From: Macrostomum lignano
Taxonomy: Eukaryota
Direction of reading: 5' to 3'
Length of the DNA: 64,000 nt
NCBI GenBank assembly: GCA_002269645.1
Contig: NIVC01002050.1
Location: 124,001-188,000 of the forward strand
Under the pieces are notes generated by a model. The model did no database searches. It had not been told where the DNA came from and was given only the letters and a program-made list of their open reading frames with translations. The translations under genes and the position numbers were made by a program. Below are positions 25,093-35,527 of this stretch, piece by piece (position 1 is the first letter of the stretch; every line of letters begins with the position of its first letter).

Positions 25093-26037
25093 ATGGCTAA
25101 ATTAGCCGCCAATGAGTCACTTGAATCCCAGAGCAAGTCAAAAACTAGCGCAAATCTCACTAACGCCTGGCGCGAGCACATGCAGAGCCGCAGCTTCACC
25201 ACCGAGCCGCATCACCTGCACAGGCTTGGCATCTTGGCCTACTTCTACTGCCTCCTTGCCACCCCGGCCCTCTTCTTAACCCGCGTGCTGCCGCAACTCT
25301 CACCAGCTGACAGCGGTTGGTGGGCCGCCGGCTTGGCCACTGCCTTCCTGGTGGCGGAGAATTTTCTCAACTATCGGGCCTGCATAATTGGGCATCACGA
25401 GCACAATGTGGTGCACTGCTTCCACTGCCAGCGGACCAGCCCCGCCGTCCTGGCCTGGCAGGCTGGGGGCGACAGACACCAGAGATGCCTCGCCTGCCAG
25501 ACGGAGTCGCCGCCGCGATCCGAGCACTGCCGCCTGTGCAACCTGTGCGTCATGAGGCGCCACTTTCACTGCTACCTGCTCTGCTGCTGCATCGGGCACC
25601 GGACTCACGGCCACTTCCTTGCGCTATGCCTGTACAGCACCGTCGGCCTGGCGACCAGCTCGCTGGCCTTCGCCATCTACGCCTTCGATGTTGGCGGCGG
25701 CTGGTCCGGCCTGCTGCTGCCGGCGGCCGCTCTCCGGTTCGCCGCTGGCTCAGCGCCGGCCGCCCTGCCCGCCGCGGTGTTCAGCCTCTACATCCAGCTG
25801 ACCTGCCTGGCCATCGCCGCCATCTACGGCTTCCTGCAGTTGCAGCTGCTGTTGCGCAATCAGACTCCGGCCGAGATTGCCGCCATGGACCGGCGCTACC
25901 GCCTGGATAGTTGCTATGACAACCTGCGCGCTTCGCTTGGCCCGGCTCGGTACTGGCCGCTGTTATTACTTTATCCGATTAGAATTGAGCCGGACTCTGA
26001 CGGCTGCAACTGGCGGCTCAGATCAAAGAGAAGTTGA
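25093..26037 (+). CDS. ZDHHC-family palmitoyltransferase-like protein (ZDHHC22/24-like), intronless, with HFHC in place of DHHC
   Basis: CLACQTESPPRSEHCRLCNLCVMRRHFHCYLLCCCIGHRTHGHFL matches the DHHC cysteine-rich domain. Two predicted TM helices on each side; TPAE at the TTxE position. Confidence 0.88.
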   Translation: MAKLAANESLESQSKSKTSANLTNAWREHMQSRSFTTEPHHLHRLGILAYFYCLLATPALFLTRVLPQLSPADSGWWAAGLATAFLVAENFLNYRACIIGHHEHNVVHCFHCQRTSPAVLAWQAGGDRHQRCLACQTESPPRSEHCRLCNLCVMRRHFHCYLLCCCIGHRTHGHFLALCLYSTVGLATSSLAFAIYAFDVGGGWSGLLLPAAALRFAAGSAPAALPAAVFSLYIQLTCLAIAAIYGFLQLQLLLRNQTPAEIAAMDRRYRLDSCYDNLRASLGPARYWPLLLLYPIRIEPDSDGCNWRLRSKRS

Positions 26038-26329
26038 CTAATTATTATAATTAGATACGACTCTCCCCTCCCTGGCAAGTAATATCGATGCTGCTGCATT
26101 AGCTGTAGGCGAAACAGAGACTTAAAAGTACAATAAGTTTATGCAACAATATTCTGCTACTAGTGGTCCTTGCTAATTCCTTAACTTTCCAAACAAAAAT
26201 TCCTAAACCCACTAAAAATTCTCATAGACAAACCGAGACAGTTTTTAACATATCCGAGGTGTCGTTTCTGCAGTACTGTGTCACCATATCTCTCTGTTTG
26301 AGAGCTCCCTCTTCTCTCTCCTGACCATT

Positions 26330-26620
26330 TCTGACCAGTTTCTCAATCTGTCTGTTTGAGATCTCCGTCTCCTCTCTCTTTCCTCCTGACCAATTCTCAA
26401 TCTGTCTGTTTGAGATCTCCGTCTCCTCTCTCTTTCCTCCTGACCAGTTTCTCAATCTGTCTGTTTGAGATCTCCGTCTCCTCTCTCTTTCCTCCTGACC
26501 AATTTCTGAAATCTCTGTTTGAGATCTCCGTCTCCTCTCTCTTTCCTGAACAGTTTCTCAATCTGTCTGTTTGAATCTCTGTCCCTCTCTCTCCTCTTTC
26601 TCCTTCTGACCAATTTCTCA
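26330..26620. repeat. 54-55 bp pyrimidine-rich tandem repeat, ~5 copies
   Basis: tctcaatctgtctgtttgagatctcc at 26341, 26395, 26450. Confidence 0.9.
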
Positions 26621-27327
26621 ATATAAATTTTTAATACATGCCTTCTCTCTAGGTGTAACAAATTTTCTAGATCAATTTTCAATCGTACTAAATTGATTTT
26701 TTAATTTAAATTTTTGCATCTGAGTTTTCGCAGCAGGACTTTGAGATCTTTGCGCAGGACTTAAGCGTCCGCAGCATATTTTTTAACGTTATCGTTGTGT
26801 TTCTAAGAATAGCGCTCCTATAAATCCAATAGTATCCCACAAGCAATTGTATTTAAATTGTACCTTATATTTGTTCGTTTCAATGCTAGTCAAAAGTCAG
26901 TTTTTGTTTAACTGCGCTCTGAAGTTTACACTTCAATTTAATTTTTTTAATTTGTTTTTTAGTCCACTTTACTGTTATATTACTGTACTGCATCACATTT
27001 TCTATCGATTCAATTCCTTTTGCTTTCTAGTCCGGAAATATATTCGTTATTGTTGACTTATTATTCATAAACTTCTATTCCTCTCGCAATTGACAGGCTT
27101 GCCTAGACTCGGATATAAGTCTGTCTGAAACAGTGGCTTCTGTAGTTTCTTGCTGTCGTTGCTTCCTACCCTCCCACCCCAATTCCCACCCTCCAACCCT
27201 AATTCCTATCCTTTCAACCGAATTCCTACCCCAACCCAAATTCCTACCCCAAACCCAATTCCTACGCCCCAACCTCAATGCCTGTCATGCTAACCAGCAC
27301 ATCTGCACTTAAATTAACCGGGGGGGG

Positions 27328-27675
27328 CATCACAAACCCGAAAAATCACAACTCCGAAAAGCGCTTTCCATCATAAACCCGAAATATCACAAACCCGAAA
27401 TATCACAAACCCGAAATATCACAAACCCGAAATATCACAAACCCGAAATATCACAAACCCGAAATATCACAAACCCGAAATATCACAAACCCGAAATATC
27501 ATAACTCCGAAAGTTCTAGCAATGTCCAACACTATTTTGGTTTTCGGAGTTATGATATTTCGGGTTTGTGATGGGCGTTGCTATTAATTTCGGAGTTGTA
27601 ATTTTTCGGGTTTCTGATATTTCGGGTTTATGATGGGAAGTGCTTTCGGAGTTGTGATTTTTCGGGTTTATGATG
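27328..27675. mobile_element. Small foldback/MITE (~350 bp) with ~70-bp imperfect TIRs and internal 16-bp subrepeats
   Basis: catcacaaacccgaaaaatcacaactccgaaa... mirrors ...tttcggagttgtgatttttcgggtttatgatg; (tatcacaaacccgaaa)n in the left arm. No clear TSD. Confidence 0.75.
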
Positions 27676-27832
27676 GCGAGCAATAGGTAAAACTATATGT
27701 GTTGATTAGTAGTGTTCAAATTACGGAATTCTTCAGACATTTTAAATTTACGCTGATTTTGACACAAGTGAAGCAACTGCAAAAGCAGATTTAACAAGTT
27801 GAGCATCTCATTAAAATGGATTCAAAATCATT

Positions 27833-28354
27833 TTACACGTTGCTTTCCCGGTCGACAATATTCTCTTCGAAAACCACCTTTCCGTCGGCCTCCTTGTTGT
27901 CAGTCTTCTTAACCTGAGGCCGCGCCGCCAGCTCCAGCTCTCTGGACTCAGACGGCTTGCAGGTGAGAAACGGTCGGCCCTCCAGTGCATCCTGAATGGC
28001 GTCGGCGATGCTCTTCGGGTCCGGATAGAAGCGCGTCTCCAGGCGCGAGTAGACCAGCTTGTGCTGCAGCCGGATCTCGAAGGACCTGTAGCGGCCGGCC
28101 AGCCCGGTGACCAGCAGCTGCTTGTGCCGGCCGTCTCCGGCCAGTCGCTGGTAGATCTCCTTGCGCAGCTGGAGAAACACGGCCCGGCCAATGTAGCGGT
28201 CGTACTCTACAGTGACAATTAGCAGCACTGGCCCGTTGCTCAGGTACTCCTGTCCGAGCGCTTGATCCGACTTCTCGCTGACTGGGCCAGGACCAGGGAG
28301 CTCCGGACCAATCACCAGCGACTCTGTAGTGCTCATCCTATCCCTATTATACAT
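27833..28354 (-). CDS. Rdx-family (MIEN1/SelW/SelT-like thioredoxin-fold) protein lacking the CxxC/U motif
   Basis: LIVTVEYDRYIG...GRYRSFEIRLQHKLVYSRLETRFYPDPKSIADAI parallels MIEN1 IVVEYCEPCG...[31 protein letters not shown]. The start could be M at 28336. Confidence 0.75.
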   Translation of the reverse strand: MYNRDRMSTTESLVIGPELPGPGPVSEKSDQALGQEYLSNGPVLLIVTVEYDRYIGRAVFLQLRKEIYQRLAGDGRHKQLLVTGLAGRYRSFEIRLQHKLVYSRLETRFYPDPKSIADAIQDALEGRPFLTCKPSESRELELAARPQVKKTDNKEADGKVVFEENIVDRESNV

Positions 28355-28592
28355 TGCTATGCTTCTCAGCTGACCTACTGGGCATGTGTGAAGCTTATTT
28401 ATTCACTTAGCTTAGCCTAGGGAAAGTGCATGAGACGTGACTTAGTCAGTCAGCATTTACTATTATTCGACCATAGACAATTGCCAGGCATTGTCAAGTA
28501 CTTTTGTAACTTTGCTAAATCCCCTAGCTCAATAGGTTTGATTCCAAGCTGTTGAATACTCTTCTCTCTGTTTAAAAGACAATAAAATAAAC

Positions 28593-28674
28593 AAGAATCG
28601 CCTGATACTAGGAGATTCCGAGCGACGCGAGGAGATACTGTCTATTGCTCATCTCCTAGTATCAGGCGATTCTT
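28593..28674. other. Perfect 24-bp inverted repeat with 34-nt loop (82-nt hairpin)
   Basis: aagaatcgcctgatactaggagat (28593-28616) and atctcctagtatcaggcgattctt (28651-28674). Confidence 0.85.
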
Positions 28675-29019
28675 TGTATGTAATCCACGGCATGTGCGAC
28701 CTGAATATAAAGCCTTATCTCCGCCGGAGATACATGTAATGAGTTAACTCCGCTATCGATGTCTATCCATCTCGTTGGTTTGTCTATGGTAGCAGAGTTA
28801 CGCTACTGATTATCACCGCTCATTTAACACTGGGGGAATAGACGAGGCGCACAGGTAAATTGGATTACATAGAGAATTTTAAATCAAGCATTCTGGGATT
28901 TAATAGGATTATCAACTTCACTTCCCGTCCTGAGTGATTAAAAAGTCCTTGGCTTTTTATTATCAACTTACGAGTGATTGGCTTCTTTGTCTATGGCCGA
29001 GTGCAGTTTAGTGGCAGTG

Positions 29020-29330
29020 GCTGCTTCTTCTTCATAACGCCCCATGCACCGCAGGAGCGAGAGCCCGGGCCATCCTTAAGGAGGCGCTCGGTGTCGTTGC
29101 CGACCAGGCGCCGACCGTCTCCACGGGGCAACGAAACAAGACGTGCTCGCTGTCGTCAGCCTCCCCACAGTCCAAGAATTGCGGGGAGTCGGTCAGAGCC
29201 AGACGATGTCGAATGTCGGCACAGGTCGCCAACAGCTGTTGCTGCAGCGAATGGGGATGCTCCAACACTCACCAACATTGTCAACTCTCTAGTCACCAAC
29301 ACTCCGTGCCACAACTGCAGTCTACCATTA
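29020..29330 (-). mobile_element. Degenerate 3' fragment of a non-LTR retrotransposon ORF2 (C-terminal CCHC knuckle region)
   Basis: RELTMLVS followed (after a frameshift) by RHRLALTDSPQFLDCGEADDSEHVLFRCP resembles the T..ltGHG..sp.C..C...dt.eHvlf.Cp tail of R1/I-type LINEs. Confidence 0.55.
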
Positions 29331-29955
29331 ATAAAAGCTACGATATAGTTAATAGTTAAGCAGCTGCAGGATCCATGCAACCCCAACGAACATTTGACAC
29401 GCTCTCAAGACTTAAAAAGAAACTTCCTGCTGCAAAAATATTTCTCTCTGCCTCTGTATATTCTGATGGGTTTCGCGCTGCTGCTTTTAGCATAGGAGTC
29501 GAAATAATTCGCCAATTATGAAAATATATCGCAAACTTGTAAATAAAAACCTTCCGTGCTTTGAGCAAAACTGGGCTGAAAAATTCACAGAACTTCTGGT
29601 AGCATTTTAGGTGGCCACCTTAGCGCATAAAAAAGGAAAAAATAGATCGCACGTTTCTTGGTACACTTTGCAGCAAAATCCTGGCTTATTTTGCCCAAAA
29701 CTTAAATGATGATATTTTAAAATTTAAATTAGCGCCAAAAGTTTGTTTGTTTTAGTCAAAAAACTATTATTGAAATTTAAGCTCGCATTCTCTGTATTTC
29801 AATTTTTCTTGAACATAAACTTGAATTTAAACTGCATGGACTTTCATTTAAAACAATGAAACCTTTCTTTCTACCGTAATCTATTTTTGGCGCGAATTCA
29901 AAATTCAAGCGAAAGAAAAGCAAGCACGCATGCTATATGTCAAATCGCTGGCCGC

Positions 29956-32887
29956 TCACTCCGCTCGGTCGGGCAGCTTGAGGCCGGCCGGGAAGCTGGC
30001 AAAGTCGGTCAGCAGCATGCGCACAATCTCGGCCAGGATGGCGTGAAAATTCACCAGAGCCGGCGCAGTCAGCTGGGGCACATTGTGCCGCATGAAGAAC
30101 AGCCTCCGGCACAGCTCCTTCAGCTGGCAATGCAGGCTTTGAGTTGCTCGAAGCATCAAAGGCGTCACTTCTTCCAGCAGCATGCCGTGCGTGTGGCCCG
30201 CGCCTCTGTTAGTGCGGCGAGAGGTGCTCCTTCATTTCATATACCTGAATCCTTCATTTCATATACCTGAATCCTTCATTTCATATACCTGAATCCTTCA
30301 TTTCATATACCTGAATCCTTCATTTCATATACCTGAATCCTTCATTTCATATACCTGAATCCTTCATTTCATATACCTGAATCCTTCATTTCATATACCT
30401 GAATCCTTCATTTCATATACCTGAATCCTTCATTTCATATACCTGAATCCTTCATTTCATATACCTGAATCCTTTATTTTATATACCTGAATCCTTCATT
30501 TCATATACCTGAATCCTTCATTTCATATACCTGAATCCTTCATTTCATATACCTGAATCCTTCATTTCATATATTGATACCTGAATCCTTCATTTCATAT
30601 ACCTGAATCCTTCATTTCATATACTTGAATCCTTCATTTCATATACCTGAATCCTTCATTTCATATACCTGAATCCTTCATTTCATATACCTGAATCCTT
30701 TATTTTATATACCTGAATCCTACATTTCATATACCTGAATCCTACATTTCATATACCTGAATCCTTCATTTCATATACCTGAATCCTTCATTTCATATAC
30801 CTGAATCCTTCATTTCATATACCTGAATCCTTCATTTCATATACCTGAATCCTTTATTTTATATACCTGAATCCTACATTTCATATACCTGAATCCTACA
30901 TTTCATATACCTGAATCCTTCATTTCATATACCTGAATCCTTCATTTCATATACCTGAATCCTTCATTTCATATACCCGAATTCTACATTGCTCACCTGA
31001 ACCCTACATTTTTCATCGGAACTCTACATTTCTTACCCAACTTCAGACAAAGCATGAGCTTCTATGGAACCCGGAATCGCTAACTTACAAGTGCTACTTA
31101 GTCAGTAGTCTATACTGAAAAATCTCCCCACAAAAACAAGAATTCTCATCCCAGCTCACAAATTCGGACAGAGCTGCGTCTGCACCGCATCGCACTCGTC
31201 CGTTTTCGGCTCGCACCACTTGATCTTCCGGCCGCCGCCGCCGCCGCCAGCAGCGGGAGCACCGGTCCGCAGGTGCCGCCGGCCTCGCCGACGCTGGCCG
31301 CCGGTTTTGGCCAACAGGCGCCGGAAGGTGTCCGTCTTCAGCGAGGCGTACGGATTGTCGCCCTGGCAGCCCCTGCGCCCGGTGGCCCGCAGCCGCTCTG
31401 CCTGTTTGGCCGTGGCGTCAGCGCAGGCCGACATCAGGTTGGCCGCCTTAGCCGCCGCCGCAGCCGGTTTTTTATGCCGGACCGCCGGCCGGGCTTTCGG
31501 CTTGGCCGCATAGATGGCGGCGCTGCCGCAGGCGTCCTTCTTGGAGCAGCGGCCGCCGCTGCCCGGAGTGCTGTTGTTCTCGCTCTTGTTCAGCTGCCGC
31601 GGCTTCGTCGGCGCCGACTGCTGGCTGCTGCAAATGTTTGATGTAGAAGGACGGGAGACTTGGTTTCTTAGAAAATCTTTTGAAGGCTGGCTTGCTAAAA
31701 GATGAATTTTCTGTCCTATTTAAGAAGTTCTTTCGCAAATCTTGATATTGGTTCAACTTCAGCTTGACTTTTAGCTTAAATTCATCTTAACTTCAGCTTA
31801 ACTTCAGCTTGACTTTTAGCTTAAATTCATCTTAACTTCAGCTTAACTTCAGCTTGACTTTTAGCTTAAATTCAGCTTGACTTCAGCCTAATTTCAGCTT
31901 GACTTCAGCTTGACTTCAGCTTGACTTCAGCCTAATTTCAGCTTGACTTCAGCTTGACTTCAGCTTGACTTCAGCCTAATTTCAGCTTGACTTCAGCTTA
32001 ACTTCAGCTTAACTTCAGCTTGACTTCAGCTTAACTTCAGCTTAACTTCAGCTTAACTTCAGCTTGACTTCAGCTTGACTTCAGCTTGACTTCAGCTTGA
32101 CTGCAGCTTAACTTCAGCTTAACTTCAGCTTGACTTCAGCTTAACTTCAGCTTGATTTCAGCTTGACTTCAGCTTGACTTCAGCTTGACTTCAGCCTAAT
32201 TTCAGCTTAACTTCAGCTTGACTTCAGCTTAACTTCAGCTTAACTTCAGCTTAACTTCAGCTTAACTTCAGCTTGACTGCAGCTTAACTTCAGCTTAACT
32301 TCAGCTTGACTTCAGCTTAACTTCAGCTTGATTTCAGCTTGACTTCAGCTTGACTTCAGCTTGATTTCAGCTTGACTTCAGCTTGACTTCAGCTTGACTT
32401 CAGCCTAATTTCAGCTTGACTTCAGCTTGACTTCAGCTTGACTTCAGCCTAATTTCAGCTTGATTTCAGCTTGACTTCAGCTTGACTTTTAGCTTAAATT
32501 CAGCTTGACTGCGGCTTGACTTCATCTCCAGGGCAACTCAGATTTGCCCGGAGAAAAGACAACATTCACAGTGGAATGTTGAAAAATTTTAAAAGCATTA
32601 CATGCTTCTATCGCATACACTCGTATTTGAACTGATTTATAGAGGCCGACTCACAAGCAGCTGCCAGCCATGCCAGTGAGAGTGGACGAGCCGCCATAGA
32701 GTCTGCTGCTGCTGCTGCTGCTCTGTCTGCTGACTGTCCGGCCAACCTCTCTGATCTTCCGTTGGACTTGCTTTCTGTCGGAGAGTTTGGGAAAATAGCA
32801 GTTGGCATTCACTTTGGCGTGACTTCTGTATTGGTGAATGATTCATCTTGAGACTTACCCATGCGCCTGCGACACGCTATGACCCAT
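29956..32887 (-). CDS. Orphan protein, ~305 aa, 4 exons, with N-terminal MGxxxS myristoylation motif
   Basis: Exons 32887-32859, 32825-32655, 31627-31160, 30205-29956, all GT-AG and phase 2, total 918 nt, reading MGHSVSQAHG|SHAKVNANCYFPKL...LCPNL|GAGHTHGMLLEEV...LPDRAE*. No family recognised. The first intron is only 33 nt. Confidence 0.6.
30229..30985. repeat. Intronic 22-bp minisatellite (ttcatttcatatacctgaatcc), ~34 copies
   Basis: Period 22, read directly. Confidence 0.97.
31756..32522. repeat. Intronic 11-bp minisatellite ((g/a)acttcagctt), ~70 copies
   Basis: Period 11, read directly. Confidence 0.97.
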
Positions 32888-33510
32888 TGTAGAAATCTTA
32901 GCCATACTATAAAAATGTTTTAGATATCTATGACCCATTTTAGACATCTATGGCCCATTTTAGATATCTATGACCCATTTTAGATATCTATGACCCATTT
33001 TAGATAGCTATGACCCATTTTAGATGTATATGATCCACTGTAGATATCTATGACCCATTGTAGATATCTATGACCCATTGTAGACATCTATGACCTATTT
33101 TAGATATCTGTGACCTATTTTAAATATATATGACCCATTGTAGACATCTATGACCCATTGTAGACATCTATAACCCATTGTAGATATCTATGACCCATTG
33201 TAGACATCTATGACCCATTGTAGACATCTATGACCCATTGTATACATCTATGACCCATTGTAGACATTTATAACCCATTGTAGATATCTATGACCCATTG
33301 TAGACATCTATGACCCATTGTAGATATATTTGACCCATTGTAGATATCTATGCCCCATTGTAGACATCTATGACCCATTGTAGACATCTATGACCCATTG
33401 TAGACATCTATGACCCATTGTAGACATGTAGACATCTATGACCCATTGTAGACATGTAGACATCTATGACCCATTGTAGATATCTACGACCAACTGTCGA
33501 TGTCTATGAC
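32878..33510. repeat. 20-bp minisatellite (tatgacccattgtagatatc), ~28 copies, overlapping the predicted start codon of the orphan gene
   Basis: Period 20. The minus-strand unit contains tctacaATGGGTCATa, identical to the context of the ATG at 32887. Confidence 0.93.
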
Positions 33511-34054
33511 TCATAATAGATGACTCACTTCTGTATTTACCTATACTATTCACTTTTGACAATTGCCAACCGCAGAAGTGCTTAAAAGTGACAGCAATCA
33601 AAGCATGGTACTTTTTTAGTTCTCACATATAATATGGCGATGAGTTCTGTGCACCAGAATCGCTGGAATAATTGGAATTATTTGTTCGACTAGTGCTGCT
33701 GCTTCTGCTTCTGCTGCTGCTGCTGTTGCTGCATTCAGGGGTTAGCGAGCTACGGGTCATGTTGCTGGCACTGCTAGCCTGGGACTTCTTCATTTTTAGT
33801 GTTGTCGTACCTGATACGCTAGTTTATTGAGCAATTTAGAAACTAGTTCTGTCGCTTTAATTAGAACCGGTTTATTCGGGTGCATTTTTATCTTGTCTAT
33901 GGCAGAATAGCTTTGAAAAACTCATGGCAACCGTATAATGTATTCATGCGGCGTCTTATACTTACGAGTATTGGCGATATTAGCCCATGGATGAATTCGA
34001 GCTATAACCATCCATCTATGTATTTGACGGAACTTATATGCTGAGCTATTACTG

Positions 34055-34355
34055 GTGATGAAGGGAGGCTGGGCTGTCACCCTGTCTCTCTCTCTCTCTG
34101 GTGATGAAGGGAGGCTGGGCTGTCACCCTGTCTCTCTCTGGTGATGAAGGGAGGCTGGGCTGTCACCCTGTCTCTCTCTCTCTCTCTCTAGTGATGAAGG
34201 GAGGCTGGGCTGTCACCCTGTCTCTCTCTGGTGATGAAGGGACGCTGGGCTGTCACCCTGTCTCTCTCTCTCTCTCTAGTGATGAAGGGAGGCTGGGCTG
34301 TCACCCTCTCTCTCTCTCTCTCTCTCTCTAGTGATGAAGGGAGGCTGGGCTGTCA

Positions 34356-34390
<35 letters not shown>

Positions 34391-34693
34391 GTGATGAAGG
34401 GAGGCTGGGCTGTCACCCTGTCTCTCTCTCTCTCTGGTGATGAAGGGAGGCTGGGCTGTCACCCTGTCTCTCTCTCTCTCTCTGGTGATGAAGGGAGGCT
34501 GGGCTGTCACCCTGTCTCTCTCTCTCTCTCTCTCTGGTGATGAAGGGAGGCTGGGCTGTCACCCTGTCTTTCTCTCTAGTGATGAAGGGAGGCTGGGCTG
34601 TCACCCTGTCTCTCTCTCTCTCTCTCTCTCTCTGGTGATGAAGGGAGGCTGGGCTGTCACCCTGTCTCTCTAGTGATGAAGGGAGGCTGGGCT
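34055..34693. repeat. Compound repeat: constant ~30-bp unit (gtgatgaagggaggctgggctgtcaccctg) separated by variable-length (TC)n
   Basis: About 15 copies with TC runs of differing length. Confidence 0.95.
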
Positions 34694-35527
34694 CATTATC
34701 AGCAATTTTTTAATCAAAAAATTAGGCCAAGAGAAATGACTTATTTTTTATCGAACAAAACAAAAATCAATGGAAATATACTATTTAGCAGTGCAAATTC
34801 TCATCTTGCTACTGCATTAACTAGTAGTATATATTTGCACGCAAACCATTGGATGATACAGATGAATATTATATACAAATTGTATAACAAGGAGACAAAA
34901 ATTGCATAGACACCCATTAAATATACGAGGCGAGGACATTACAACTGAATCAGACTGACAGCCTGGCCAGGGAAAGTGTGATATTAATGCAGAAGCGATT
35001 AACTGTAACGAGATTAATTTGCTGCTCCTTAGTTTCACAACAAGCTGATTCCGCAGTGTGCTGTGAAATGCGCAAATCAAAGCAGCTGCAGAAATCAGTG
35101 GAGAACAGTGTTAACTCTCTGACAAACAAATATTGCACTGCATGGCCGTGGAATTCATGAATGCCTGAATTGCTAGAATATATGCTGTAATAAAAACACA
35201 TTTTGATGAGGATAATTCTCTTCGAGAACTCGCTGTCGGACGCGGCCGGTTGCTCTGAGGGAGCAGAGGGCCTCGCTGTAAACAGCTTTGAACGCTGCGG
35301 TGGGGCCAGAAGCAGAAATTGGAATGCAATTTTGACAGAACTCCCTAACAGCATGTTTATAATTTGTTAATAATGAGGTGCTCTGATTGCTGGGAAAAAC
35401 TATTTTAGCGCTACTAAATTGCCAGGATATACTGCCTGTCCTTTGTAGTTTCAAACACGAGTAGCATCTGGGAACGCGCGGCTGGGTTCAACGGGTGCGG
35501 AGTCCGGTGGAGGCGGGACAGGGGCAG

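Noticed and set aside
28185-28210. Selenoprotein (CxxU) call for the Rdx gene
   Set aside because: No in-frame TGA or Cys at the motif; the codons read GAC CGC TAC ATT.
34055-34693. CRISPR-like repeat/spacer appearance
   Set aside because: The spacers are only (TC)n of varying length, the context is eukaryotic and no cas genes are present.
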